Origin: Vicugna vicugna
Taxonomy: Eukaryota
Assembly: GCA_013265495.1 (NCBI GenBank)
Contig: MU061560.1
Span: 372,001 to 436,000, forward strand
DNA length: 64,000 nt
Direction: 5' to 3'
Positions 36,750 to 50,042 of this stretch are shown one piece after another (the first letter of the stretch is position 1; each line of letters starts with the position of its first letter). The translations under genes and the position numbers were made by a program. The notes under the pieces are model-generated. The model had not been told where the DNA came from, did no database searches, and saw only the letters and a list, made by a program, of their open reading frames with translations.

Positions 36750-39014
36750 CAGGCTTACTTTGCTTTATTGTGCTTCAGAAATACTGTATTTTTTACAAAT
36801 TGAAGGTTTGTGACAATGCTGCCAAGCAAGTCTTTTGGCACTTTTTCCCCCAATAGCATTTGCTCGCTTTGTGTCTCTGTGTCACATTTTGGTAATTCTT
36901 GTGGTATGTCCCACTTTTGTATTATTATTATATTTGTTACGGTGATTTCTGAACAGTGATCTTTGATGTTACTGTTATCATTGTTTTGGGGCACTGTGAA
37001 CAAAATCCATATAACTTAATCAATAAATGTGTGTGTTTTGGATGCTCCACCTACTGGCCATTTGGGCCTCCCTGTGCCCTGACACAGTATTGAAATTAGG
37101 CTACTTGATAATCCTACAATGGCCACTAAGTGTTCTGTGTGAAAGGAAGAGTCTCACGTCTCCTTTTAAATCAAAAACTAGATGTGACTGAGCTTAGTGA
37201 GGAAGGCATGTCAAAAGCCAAGGTAGGTTGGAAGCTAGGCCCTTGTGCCAAACAGCCAGGTTGTGAATGCAAAGGGAAAGTTCTTGAAGGAAATTATAAG
37301 TGCTGCTCCAGTGAACATGTGAATGATAAGAAAGCAAAGCAGCTTTATTGCTGACATGGAGTAAGTTGTAGTGGTCTCTGTAGCAGGTCACGCCGGCTAC
37401 AGCATTCCCCAAGTCAGAGCCTAATCCAGAGCAAGACCCTAGCTCTCCTCAGTCCCGTGGAAGGCTGGGAGAGGTGAGGAAACTGCAGAGGAAAAGTTGG
37501 GAGGTAGCATAGGTTGGTTCATGAGGTTTAAGGAAAGAAGTCGTCTCCATAACATAAAAGTACAGAGTGAGGTAGCAACGCTGAGGCAGAAGCTGCAGGA
37601 AGTTATCCAGAACATCTAGCCCAGATAATTAATGAAGGTGGCTACACAAAACAACAGATTTTCAATGAAGATAAACAGCCTTCTATTGGAAGAAGAAGCC
37701 ATCTAGAACTTTCATAGCTGGAGAGGAGAAGTCAATGTCTGGCTGCAAAGGACAGGTGACTCTCTTGTTGGAGGCTAATGCAGCTGGTGACTTGAAGTTC
37801 AAGCTGGGGCTCATTTACCATTTCAGAAATCCTAGGGCCCTTTAGAATAATGCTAAATCTACCCTGCCTGTGCTCTGGAAATGGAACAGCAAAGCTTGGA
37901 TGACAGCACATCTGTTTACAGCCTGGCTCAGTGAATATTTTCAGCCCTGCTCAGAAAAAAAGATTCCTTTCAAAATATCACTGCTTACTGACAGTGTACC
38001 TGGTCAGTCCAGAGCTCTGATGGAGACGTACAACCAGATTAATATTGTTTTAATTCTGCAGCCCATGGGTCATAGAGTTATTTCAACTTTCAAATCTTAT
38101 TACTTAAGAAATACGTTTCATAAGGCTGCAGGTGCCATAGATTGTGATTCCTCTGATGGATCTGGGTAGAGTCAATTGAAAACTTTCTGGAAAAGATTCA
38201 CCATTCTAAATGCCATTAAGAACATTTGTAATTCATGAGAAGAGTCAAAATATCAACTCGACGGAAGTTGGAAAGAATTTGATTTCAATCCTCTTGGGTG
38301 ACTTTGAAGGGTTCAAGAGTTCAGTGGAGAAGTAAGTGTAGATGTGGTGGAAGTAACAAGAGGGCTAGAGTTAGCAGTGGAGCCTGGAGATGTGACTGAC
38401 TGTTGCCATCTCATGATGAAACTTGATTGGGTGAGGATGTGCTTCCTGTGGATAAGTAAAGAAAGCAGTTTCTTGAGAGACGGAATCTGTCCCCAGTGAA
38501 GATGCTGTGAAGATTGTTGAAATGACACCAGAAGAGTTAGAATATTACATCAACCGAATTGATAAAGCAGCGGCAGGGTTTGAGAAGACTGACTCCAAGT
38601 TTGAAAGAAGGTCCACTGTGGGTAAAATGCTATCAAACAGCATGCAGAGAAATCATTCATGAAACGAAGAGTCGATTGAAGCCAGCAAACTTTATTGTCT
38701 TATTTTTAAGACATTGTCACAGCCACTCCACCCTAACCCTGATTGATCAGCAACCATGAATCAGCAAAATCATTATGACTTGCTGAAGGCTCCGATGATG
38801 GTTAGCATTTTTAGCAATAAGATATTTTTAAATTAAGGCATGTACTTTTTTTTTAGACATAATGCTTTTGCACACTTAATAGACTGCAATGTAGTGTAGA
38901 CATAACTTTTATACGCACCGGAAAACCAAAAAATTCTTATAACTGGCTTTATTGCAGTGTTCACTTTATTGCAGTGGCCTGGACTAAACCTGCAATATAT
39001 TCCAAGTATGTCTG
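36750..39014 (+). mobile_element. Near-full-length Tigger1 (pogo/TcMar) DNA transposon with a decayed transposase
   Basis: The ends caggcttact... and ...ccaagtatgtctg match the Tigger1 TIRs. Internal ORF fragments ([64 protein letters not shown]) are pogo/CENP-B DDE transposase. There are many stops and frameshifts. Confidence 0.92.
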
Positions 39015-39164
39015 AAAATTCTTTTCTACGTACATTTGCTGGAAAGTTGATTGAAAAAGGATTTAAACATGATATATTTAATTTTATGAATGTGAGATTC
39101 AGGAGCTTTAGACAGGAGCTCATTAATCTGTATTTTTTAAAATTCTTTCAGATAATTCTGATAA

Positions 39165-39350
39165 TCGGCTTGGTGTCCAAATACCATCCTGCTGGCTGCA
39201 TCAGAGTTCCTTGGAGTGCTGATTCAAAATTCCAAGCCACACCTTAGATGGAAAGAGTCAGAATGTCCAGGGGCAGGGTTAGCTGTGCTTTTAACGGGTG
39301 CCCCCGATGATTCTAATAAAGCAGGCAGCTGTTCAACTACTGAGCACCCC
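39165..39350. mobile_element. MER5-like hAT MITE remnant
   Basis: It reads ggctgcatcagagttccttggagtgct...gtcagaatgtccaggggcaggg...ttttaac..gtgcccccgatgattctaat. Confidence 0.5.
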
Positions 39351-39879
39351 CAGACATGGGTAAGCCCCACCTTTGGTCCTGAGCCCAGACAGCCAGCATA
39401 TGTAGGTGTGAGGCAAAGAAGGACACACGTTGTCCTTCAACTGACACATCACATGGGCCCCCTGTCCTTCTTGGCAAGCTTTTTGTCCATTTCTGGTTGA
39501 TTTCTTGTTGTGTTTTTTTACATCTGTCATACTTTTCTACTTTGCTCTTCTTTCTCAACCACCCCCTTCCAGTAAATTAAAATGGACTTTATTTTATGCT
39601 GATAGACAATTTATATCCGACTAGAGTGTTTGATGTGAATGCAAGTGACCTTTTACTTCAGACTTGGTGTCTAGGGTCCTTTGTTGCTGCCCTCTCTTTT
39701 CTAGTCTGGATGAATCCAGTCTGCACTTTATGTGTTTCTTGTCCTGCACCCCAACTTCCCTCCAAGTGAGGTCTTTCTGGACTTTATACTTTAATATTCT
39801 CTGGGGCTTCCTTCCTTAAACTGCTGCATACACTTCCCTTGCTGCCTCCACTCCTCCATCCCCTCACCCTGTCCTTCTC

Positions 39880-40610
39880 CCTGCTTCCTTTTCCTCCTCT
39901 AGGCTGCTGTCTGTTCCCAACTAGGGGTCAGCGCTCTAAGTCAGCAGTGAATTCCCACGTATCATCCAGCAGTCTGTTTGTGGCTCTTATTAATTTCTGG
40001 ATGGCGTTTGCTTTTTTTTTTAAAGCTCTTTTCTTGGTCCTGATATTCCTACTTCGCTGGGCCTTCAAGTTGGCTCCTCTGGCCAGCTCGTCTCTCTCCC
40101 TGTTTCTCTCCAACAGCCCCATTTTCTCTTCCCCGTTATCTCCTGCCACCTGTGTTCTTTGCTGGTGTCATCTGCCCACCCCCTGGGTTTCTTAGCTTAA
40201 TCTTTGCTGCTTTCCAGGGCCTGCTGAATAAATGCAGATGTCCTAAGGGCATCACAGTGCAACTTTCTCTGCCGAGGTGGAGCCCCTCCTCCTGGCTTTT
40301 CTCAGGGGTATTATTGCCTTGCTTTTGTTAGAGTTTGCCTTTCAGAGTTTATCTGAAACCTGCCCTTCTCTGTTACGTACTTGCCACCCAGTCAGCCACC
40401 AGCTGTTCCTGATTCTCCTTCATTCCGTGATGCTGGCCTTCGTCTTATTTCAGGCCACTCCTCTCACCAGCTACTCACTTTACATATCCCCCCACCCTCG
40501 CCCCCCCATTAATTTTCTTAAGTCTGGATATTGGTCCTATCCTTCCTGTGGTCAGAAGCTCTCTGTGCCTCCCAACTGCCTGTCACTGATGTTTATAATG
40601 TAGCATTCTA
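39880..40610 (+). mobile_element. Degraded L2 LINE fragment
   Basis: A pyrimidine-rich tract with weak L2-like motifs (cagatgtcctaagggcatcacagtgcaac; aattttcttaagtctggatattggtc). Boundaries are uncertain. Confidence 0.4.
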
Positions 40611-42009
40611 TATCCCAAACTGAGCACTTTGGAGACTGTTGGTTAAACCTTCACCAGTATTGATGCTGGGCTAGTCATGCGTCAGGCACACTTTAGGAGT
40701 TATGTGTGTGTGTGTTTTCAGGAATAAATCTGGCTTTGTTTGTATAGCACTGGCTAGAATTAGTCATCCGTCCTTGGAGTGCAGCCGACAACGTGGACAG
40801 CCAGCACCAGCAAGTTCCCCGGAAGCCCACAGTCAGGCTTGCTGTGTTGCGTCTCAGGGTTAGAGTGAACACGGGTGCACCTGCTCAGCCCCGAGCGCGC
40901 ACAGCCGTTCACTGGACTCAAACTGTCAGCTTCAGCTGGAGCGTCTGTAGAAGCTGCGGAGCGGCCTCTGTCCTGGGGCCTCCGTCCTGGGGACCGCACC
41001 GAGTGCGGCAGCCTTGCTGCAGACACCTGTCTGACCTGCTCTGCAAGGCTGGGCTGTTCCCTGGGGCCTCTGGCAGGACTTTGTGTTAGGCCACATGTTT
41101 AATAGCAGCCTTAGAAGTACAATGACTTTATCCTAAGGTTATTTCTATTTTAAAAATACATGCTAGTGAGTGCATTTAGGAGGTGAAAAGTCAGTATGTA
41201 GAGTGAAATAAACTATAAGACACCCCAACTGAAGAATACTGAGGGAGTCATTGCTTATAGGTTCAAGTGCAGTGTAGTATAATGTATGGGAAATGATAAA
41301 ATGGTAGCCAAATTCATTTAAAAATAATTACTAAAAACCCTTTGTAGAAGAAATAAGCTTTTAAATAAAGTCATCTTTATTTTCTCTGCAGAAAGTTGAC
41401 TAGCATAACATTTTTCCCCCTAAAACATGCTACCTTAATGCTGTTGTATTGATGATGTGACAATATTATTGATATGTGGTATTGGGAATCCAAAGATGAA
41501 TGAGACAAATGCTTTGACCTTAAGTAATTTCCATCCTAGAAGGGCAATATGATGTATAATAAACAGCAGGTTGTAAGGCCATGTTGGATGTAAGAGCAGT
41601 GCTCAGAGTGCTGGTAATTCAGAGGAAAGCACGTTTTTGTCTGTGCTGCATCCACACTTGTTTGGGGGAAGGCTGCACATTCGATCGTGCCTCCGAGTCA
41701 CCCGTGAGCCTGTGTGCGGGCTTCATGCATCTGACTGCAGTGCCTTCCTGCTGACACAAGCTGGAAATCCATAGCAGGCTGGAAAAACAAACTGACCCAC
41801 AGGTTCCTCTCAGAGCTATCAGCCAACTAATTCCATCAGTATCTCTGTGTTCTCTTTTCAGATCCCTGTATCCTTCATGATAAATTTTGCATTTTTAAGA
41901 TTCCACCAAAGTTGGGATCTTTCAGCCCTGCAGCAAGCATTTCAGTGTTTCCCATGGACCAGGCGGTTATGTTGGGGCCTAGAAATCAAGGTGAGAAGAA
42001 TGCACTGTG

Positions 42010-42225
42010 ATGGTTTAGACACGGGCTCTGGAGTTTTCCTAGTGGAGACTGGCTGGGTTTTAATCCTTCTGTGGTAATTAACTGGGTGACTTGGGACTCT
42101 TTGCCTCAATTTCTTCATCTATAAAATTGGAATATTAGTATTACCTAATTGTGGAGTTGTTGGAAGAATAAAAAGTTAATGTTCCTAAAGGGCTTAGAAC
42201 AGTGCTTGGGAAATGCTCAAATAAT
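42010..42225 (+). mobile_element. MIR SINE
   Basis: It contains the MIR core ctgggtgacttggg...ctctttgcctcaatttcttcatctataaaattggaatattagtattaccta. Confidence 0.75.
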
Positions 42226-43758
42226 GACTTTTTAAGTATTTTTTTTGAGATTAACACAAACACTCCCCTCACGGTTTGGGTTTCCTTTTGCACCTTATGT
42301 GTGTCTCTGATCTAGTGCTGTCTCCTTGGATCGTGGTTGGTTGTTTACAATCGCACCTACTGAGTGCAAGTTACTGCCCAAGGTGCAAGCTGGTCCAGGC
42401 ACATGTCTTCCCATCCTTTTATCCACTTGCTGTTAGCCCTCTCCTCTCCTTACTTCCTGCCAACACGGCCGTTCACTGCTCGCCTCTCACAGTCTTCCGT
42501 CTTGTGCTGTCTTGAGCCCCACTTTTATGTCAGACCTCCCTAAAGCCTGAATTGTGCATGACAGAACCACCTTCTGCTTTGGTTTCCTGACCGAGGCCTG
42601 GCTTTCTCCTCTTAACACTGATTCTTGGTGAGTCATGTGGAAATTGATCTTCTTCCATGATCCACATGGCTGCTGGTCAGGACCTGAGATCAGCCCTCCC
42701 TTAGCTTCTCCTAACTCTTTGTCTTCTACCCTGCTGGGGAAAAAAACAACAAACAAACAAACAAACAAACCCTCCTGCATTCACTCTTGCCAACCATCTC
42801 AATTTCTTCACTAAACTTCTCCTTCTTTTTCCTGTGCCTGCCACACAGTCCCTAACTTGAGTCACCCACTGCCATTGCCCTTAAGAGCCCCTCCCTCCAG
42901 AGTCCAGTCAAGGGCTCAGTAAATCTTGAGTTAACACAGGAACCCCAAACTAGCTTGACATATTCAGCATCAGAGTTTTCTGACAGTGCTGTCAAAATAT
43001 GGAACTGGCTTCCTCTGATCATCGCGAGTTCCTTACTAATGAGGATCTCGGGGAGAGGCAGGAAGCCTTGTGGCTGTAGAGGAGACAGAATGTCAGATGT
43101 AACCCTTTCTGACCAGTAATCCCCCCTTGCACGCTAAGTATTCTAACATCAGTGGTTCTCAGCTGTCCTGTGTCTGCGCCATTCGTGTGCTCCTAGCGGT
43201 AATATATGTGTAGTACTTCGTGCAGGGATGTGTTTATTACTAGGAAAGGTGTGGGAATACTTTGTTCTCTTTGAGATTTCATGGACTAGATGTTCCTACA
43301 GTTCTGATTATTTCTGGCACCCTTTCTGATGCTGTGGTAAGCCTCGGCTTGCTCCGGAGTTGGCAGGCCCTGGCTCTTCTCCACTGAAAGGCCTCGGAAT
43401 GCTTCGTTCCAGCATCAGGAATTTCATCATCTTGCAGCTTTATCACTTCCCATTCCTGGTGTCCTCTCCTTGCACAGGCTTTTCAATTGTTTTTTCCTTT
43501 TGCCAGTTATTTCTCACCTTTAGGACTTGGCTTTTAAGGTCAAAACTTCTAACAGGGCTCCTTTCTTCCACCCATTTCTAAAGGGCTTACTTTTAAAAAG
43601 CAATATGAGAATCAGAAGCCAGGTATGATCAGAAGCAAGATTTTAGTTCCCAGCTATTAGAGAAGAAGATGAGACTGGGGGACATCTGAAACTTGAAAGA
43701 TCACTGTATTGTTTTCCATCTCTTAATATATTTCATCATTTCTAAAATATTTCATCAA

Positions 43759-43865
43759 GTCTTACGTATATAGGTATATATATGCATGACCGGGACATTA
43801 TGCTCGTACGCCAGAAATTGGCACATTGTAACTGACTATATACTTCAATAAAAAAATAAAGAAAT
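43759..43865 (+). mobile_element. Very short 5'-truncated L1 3' end
   Basis: The L1 terminus (cattgtaactgactat..acttcaataaaaaaa) is flanked by a 15-bp TSD aa(a/g)atatttcatcaa at 43744-43758 and 43866-43880. Confidence 0.82.
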
Positions 43866-44179
43866 AAGATATTTCATCAAATCTTTTTTATGTTCTAACA
43901 TCTCTGAAGTTGGGATAATTTTTTCAATTGGTGGTGATTAAAAATTTGTGAGACACTGAAATGTAGATTGGCCTAAATTTTAAAATGTAACTGTACAAAA
44001 GTTCCTGCCTCTGAATAGTAGCAAAGATCACGAATATTCCTGGATATATAACTGAAACATTGACTGACATCCCCGCCCCCTCCCCTAAACCCAGAGCATG
44101 CTATGCATGGTTATACCTCCTATACCTCTGGGTCCTTCTTCAGCCTTCTTAATTGTAATTAACAGCCGTAAGAGTCACA

Positions 44180-44400
44180 ACAATAGTAACTGTCATTTAT
44201 TGAGCACTTACTGTTTTGATCAGACACTGTCCTAAGCGCTTTATGTGCATAAGCTCAGTCATAACAAGTAGGACCTGTAACCTCCATTGTACAGAAGAGG
44301 AATCAGAAGCTCAGACAGATTAAATAATTTGTCCAGGTTTACCCGGCGGAGGAGCCAGGGTTTAAACCTAGGCTCTTAACTCCTGTGCTTTCCTGCCTCC
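44180..44400 (-). mobile_element. MIR SINE
   Basis: It reads catttattgagcacttactg...ctccattgtacagaagaggaatcagaagctcagacagattaaataatttgtcca. Confidence 0.75.
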
Positions 44401-46837
44401 CGTAAATTCCTTGTTGCCTGTTTTTAACATCTCTGAACATAAAGATGCTAACTGTCGATCTTTAGAAATGGAGAAGACACTTTCCCTGACGTTTTTATCC
44501 GGTTTATCCAGAGTATTAAAAACAAGAGCAGCTCTCTGGTCTGCTGCCGCTAGTGAGGAAGGAAGAAAGGAGACATTTTCAAGGGAAAGGAGAGACATAT
44601 TCCTAGGAAAGATTCTGGAGGTGGAAACAAGCAACAGCTTTCTGTCTTTACTGTGCAACCGGACCTAATTCAGGCCTGTGCTGCTTTCTTTCTAGAAACG
44701 TATGTGACTACATTATATCATATCTCATTAGCAGGGTGATGGTTACATACTAAACTTTGAAATTATATGAATAGTATTAATTTTCAAGGACCTGTTAAAT
44801 TTGATCTGTTCTACAAAAACAGGCAAAACTGCATTTCTCTTTTGCCCCATTTAAAAAAACTCTAATGGATGGCTGTATAGTAGAATGTGTCTGTGTATAC
44901 ACACACATACATGTATATATGTATTTATAATATTAATGTATTAGTACCATGATCCTATTGGTATATGTTGGCAAACCACTTTAATTTTTCTAATTAAGAG
45001 AGTTACGCATGGCTTTTTTCACTCTTTTAACATCTCAGCGTAGTAGGAAGTTGGGTGTGAGCAGTGACACTCAGAGGCTGTCCCCTGTGAGGGAACTAGG
45101 GAGCTGACGAGGGTGCTAATGAGAGCCCTTTGCAGTCCTTTTACAGAAAGCGGTGAACTCAGGCCCCTGGTTATGAAAACAGTGAAAAGAAGGGAAGAGA
45201 AGGATTCAGGAGGAAGCAAGGAGGAAACTGCCAACCATGGCGTCATTGTTCTGAAGTCAGCGTGGTGCCCACTGCAACCTCGTTTTCTTGAGATCTACTG
45301 CCCGTTTCTGAGTTTTGGAACTGAATGACCAACTTGTGTGTTTGAGTTAACCTAGGAGATTTCGCCTTAACCACATTGTGGGCATTGAGGAGGTAGAAAA
45401 AAAGAAATAGACAGTTAAAGGATATTCGCATAAGCCCCACCTTCACTGGGCAGCTGTCACCGTGCGGTGTCGGAAGCCTGTGGTGGACCAGCCGGCAGGG
45501 GTGGGGCAGGTGCTGCTCTTCCTCATGGTCTATACAGTGGCTCATTTCTATAAACTTCAAAAAAAAATTACATTGGCAATTCCATCTGTCACTGATGCAC
45601 TGAAATTCCTTATTTCAGAATATTCATTTCTGCACCTCTGTTGCTCATTGTTCATTCTGGCATGGATTCCTGGGTCCTACTACAATTTATACTTTTTCAT
45701 CTGGAAAAGGGTTTTTTATTCTCAATCCTTGTCTTGTGTCTCAAAGCCAGTTCTTTACAATTAGTTCCTGCAAATGCTATAGTGGCTCTTTGAGAAGCTA
45801 GGCTTTGTTATGGGCATTTGGAAACATTTAATAGATTATGTCTTATTTTCCTTTATCCAAAAACGCCCCTCCCCCAACAATAGATTAAGAGAATAATTTC
45901 CCTTTATTAACTTTTTTTCTTTTAATATTTTCCCTTTGCTCATGTGTTACAGGTTTTTATTGTAGACCTGAAAGTCTTGACTAATATGAAATTTCAGTCA
46001 GTTGAAATCTTACTTTCAGTGCTATAAAAAGTACTGAGTTCATCTGCTTAACGTCTTAAATACACCTTCTCTCGCTGAGGCCTCTCCCTGGTCCCCTTGT
46101 TTAAAATTGGGAGCCCCGCTCCCGTACTCCTTTTCTTGTTTTATTTTTCTCTACAACACTTCATCTAACTCTGTATTTTTAAAATCTTATTTTCTGCCCC
46201 TCTGCTCCCACACCAGTACACACTAAATGCCGTGAGAGCAAGGGATTTTGTCTGCTGCTCTCTCTTTTCTGCAGGCAGGGTGCAGTCAGGATGCTTGATG
46301 TGGAGACGACCAAGCTTGGGCCCCGGGACTTGTTCTCAGCCGCTCATCCATGAGACAGGAAAGGAGGTGGCGGATGTGTGTGTTTGGGGTGGTTTGGGGT
46401 ACAGGTGAGCACTGGACAGATCTTACAGGCGGAGTGCCAGTCCTGGGCCCTTTGCACCAAAACACCAGCAGCCACAGTAACCAAGACACTGGGCTGCTGG
46501 TTAGATGGGAACAGGTGGAGGTAGAGCATGGGATCAAGCTGAGTTGAGAATAAGGTAGAGACAGGGGCTGGCATGAGGCCTTCACCAAGTTGAGAGTTTC
46601 TGTATACAGAGAAGCCTTTTTTCAGTCACCTCTTTTAATAATTCATTGAATCATTTTACCAAGAAGAAGAAACTTCACATTAGCGCCAGGAGAGCAGTAA
46701 CCATACCTGTTTTGTTCCCTACTGTTGTCCAACACTTTAGCAGAGTTTTGGTTCAAATTAGATGCTTGTGAAATTCTAATTGAGTGAGTGAATGAAATCC
46801 TGTGTTGAGGGCTACATTTTCAAAGTGCGTATATTTA

Positions 46838-48626
46838 AAAAAAATTATTGTAGTGTAGTTGATTTACAGTGCTTCAGGTGTACAACATAGTGATTCAGTT
46901 ATACAAATCTGTGTATGTATCTGTTCTTTTTCAGATTCTTTCCCATTATAGATTATTACAAGGTATTGAATATAGTTCTCTGTGCTCTGTCTACAGTAGG
47001 GCCTGGCTGTTTTTCTGTTTTAAATATAGTGGTGTGTATATGTTAATCCCAAATTCCTAAATTATTCCTGCTCCCGTTTCCCCTTTGGAAACCATAACTT
47101 TGCTTTCTGTCAGTGACTCTGTTCTGTTTTGTAAATAAGTTTGTTTATAACATTTGTTTTAGGTTCCACATATAAGTGATATTTGTCTTTCTCTGACTTA
47201 CTTCACTCAGTATGATAAATTCTAGATCCATCCATGTTGCTACAAATGGCATTGTTTCATTCTTTTTTATGGCTGAATAATATTTCATTGTATATGTTCA
47301 TATATTTATATATATACACCCCCCCCACATCTTCTTTACCCATTCATCTGTCAATGAACACTTAGGTTGCTTCCATGTCTTGGCTATTATAAATAGCACT
47401 GCTGTGAACACTTGAGTGCATGTATCTTTTTGAATTAGAATTTTCATCTTTTCTGAATATATGCCCAGAAGTGGGATTGCTGGATCATATGATAACTCTA
47501 TTTTTAGTTTTTTAAGGAACCTCCACACTGTTCCCTGCAGCGGCTGCGCTAGTTTGCATTCCCATGAACAGTGCAGGAGGGTTTCTTTTTCTCCACACGC
47601 TCTCCACACTTATCATTTGTAGGCTTTTTGATGATGGCCATTCTGACCAGTGTGAGGTGGTATGTCGTAGTTTTGGTTTGCATTTCTCTAATAACTAGCA
47701 ACACTGAGCATCTTTTCATGTGCCTTTGGCCATCTGTGTGTCTTCTTTGGAGAAATGTCTATTTAGGTCTTCTGCTCATTTTTTGATAGAGTTGTTTGGT
47801 GTTTTTTTGGTTTTGCTTTTTTGTAAGCTCAGCTTTTTGCTGAATGTGTTGCTAAAGAGGTTTAGTCAGAAAAACCCAAAGCCCATGTCATTATCAGACT
47901 GCTCGGATTCCTCTTTCTTTGCTTCCACTTTCTTCTCTTCAGCATGGCAGCAGTGGTGGAGGGGGCAGGACCTCCCTCTGGGGCAGCACCAGCTGCCGGG
48001 GCAGGGCCACCAGCGCCAACATTGCAGGTGAGGCTCCAGATGTTGACATTGGCCAAAGCCTTTGCTAACGAGCCTGGCCAGAAAGGGTCAACATTTACAC
48101 CTGCTGCTTAAATGAGGACATTGGTCGTATCCTCTGACTGTCACCTCATCGTCATGCAGGATGAGGGCCAATTAGAGGCAGGCGAGCTCAGGGACGAGTT
48201 CTAGGTGGGCGCTGCCGGGTGCGATGCCAGTTGCCAGATACAGTGACAGCCTCACCCCAGTGCGGCCTTGGCTTCCTCGGAGGGACCAGGCACCTTAGCG
48301 GCAGCTGAGGAAAGCATGTTTGTTTGTTTGTTTCTTTGTTTTTGATATCAAGCTGTTTTTATATTTTGGAAATTGATCTTTTGTCGGTTGCATCATTTAC
48401 AAATATTATTTTCCCATTCTGTAAATTGTCTTTTCATTTTATTTATGGTTTCCTTTGCTGTGCAAAAGCTTTTACGTTTAATTAGGTCCCATTTGTTTAT
48501 TTTTGCTTTTATTTCCACTACTCTAGGAGATGGATCCAAAAAAATCTTGCTTCAATTTATGTCAAAGAGTGTTCTGCCTGTGTTTTCCTCGAGTAGTTTT
48601 TCAGTATCCAGTCTCATATTTAGATC
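46838..48626 (-). mobile_element. 5'-truncated L1 (ORF2 C-terminus + 3'UTR), interrupted by the RPLP1 retrocopy
   Basis: ORF 47298-47609(-) [41 protein letters not shown] is the L1 ORF2 C-terminal region. The TSD tcaaagtg(c/t)gtat lies at ~46820 and ~48627. Confidence 0.92.
47800..48314 (-). pseudogene. RPLP1: RPLP1 processed pseudogene (60S acidic ribosomal protein P1)
   Basis: The minus strand has the 5'TOP ctttcctcagctgccg and coding remnants ELACL*LALILHDDEVTV, AAGVNVDPFWPGSLAKALANVNI.SL.CNVGAGGPAPAAGAAP and EEKKVEAKKEESEQSDNDMGFGFF, then the 3'UTR and a decayed A-tail. The start-codon region is deleted and there are frameshifts. Confidence 0.95.
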
Positions 48627-49734
48627 TCAAAGTGTGTATTTTATGCCCGCCCAGTATGTAAAAATCTAGCTCAAACATGATTTTTATCACCATCTTCCCT
48701 CAATTTTTTTTCTTCACTCAGTTTCTTTATTTTACCAACGTAGGATTTCTCTAAATAAGTTTCCTTGGTAATTTTGAGAGAGAATTCAGTTTAAAAGTGC
48801 ATTGACTATGTAACATTCAAAACTATATGTTTTATATAAAGACACGTTCTCTAATTATAGCTGTTGGATTTACCTCACTGTTAATTGTTTCATCTTTGAA
48901 AATCTCTATTGTGGGTTGGGGGTGGAGGCAATGAAAAAAATCCTTTGGCAAAGGGTTGGCTCTCTGATTATGTATTTAACCCGAACTATGTAACAAGCTG
49001 GGCCTTTCCCCTTGGTTTTCTTAAGTTCCTCACACTATTCCTTTTCAGCTGTTTTAATTCATGCTATGTTCTCAAACTTTCTGTCTCTACTTAGAAGATG
49101 GAGGAGAACCTTATACCATGGTACTATGTTGCATATTACTAGTTTACATACGTGTTCCTTAGCCACAGAAAGTTGGTTCTGCCGCGACTGAGAAATGAAG
49201 TTCAGGCGAGCAGTAACCCTTTGAACACAAGTTAGTCTTTACAGCTGGAATTTTTAAAACAGTTTTGTTCCCTCCCCACCCCGTGAATTTCATGCACTTG
49301 AAAATAATTTTAAATTGGTAGGCGAAATTCATTGCTTAGCTCCTTTGAAATCGTCTGGCCTTTTCAAAAAAGAAAGCTTTAATCACACTGTCTTCTTCAG
49401 GAAGGCCACTTCCTTCGTGTCAGTTAGGCCCACTCTGCAGTTTCTTTAACGGGTGTAATTAACCTAATTGTCTTCTCAGTGCTTTATGCTAGAAAAATGG
49501 AAACTACTTTAAACTTCTGTAAATAGTGGCTTTTAAAATATGCTTAGCTTGTGAACAAGGTTCAACTTTATTCTAATGCAAAAATCTACACAACGTGATG
49601 AGGCACCGTGTGGCATTTTGACTGAATTTTGTGCACTGTATGTAAGTCCTGGAATATGGACAAGAGAAAAAAAAATCAAATAAAATAGTGAATCATGCAG
49701 ATTTCTGTTCTGAGAGAAGTAGCTTCATTTCGTG

Positions 49735-49960
49735 AAAAGTGGCTGAGATACCTGGCTCAGTCATCAGACTGGCCTGGGCCTAAATCCTGCCTCTGCCGCT
49801 TCATAGCTTGTGACGAGTTGTGTAACCTCCCTAAGGCCATTTTTTTAAATAAAATTAGGATAATGAAAGTATGTATTTCATAAGGTTGTGAAGGATTAAA
49901 TGAAATAATACATGTAAAGCTTGGTGCATTTCCATAATCAGTATATAATACATGCTGGCT
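49735..49960 (+). mobile_element. MIR SINE
   Basis: It reads cagactggcctgggcctaaatcctgcctctgcc...cataaggttgtgaaggattaaatgaaataatacatgtaaagc. Confidence 0.75.
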
Positions 49961-50017
49961 ACAAAATATGTATGTATAATATTTATTATACATAACATAT
50001 ATCATATGTATATGGGG

Positions 50018-50042
50018 TGTGTGTGTGTGTGTGTGTGTGTGT
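50018..50042. repeat. (TG)n microsatellite
   Basis: Directly visible. Confidence 0.9.

Noticed and set aside
37130..38759. Domesticated TIGD-like gene
   Set aside because: The transposase frame is broken by numerous stops and frameshifts and is bounded by Tigger1 ends.
39928..40149. Basic, helical-looking 73-aa minus-strand ORF
   Set aside because: It is the antisense reading of a pyrimidine-rich, probably L2-derived tract, with a GTG start and no recognisable homology.
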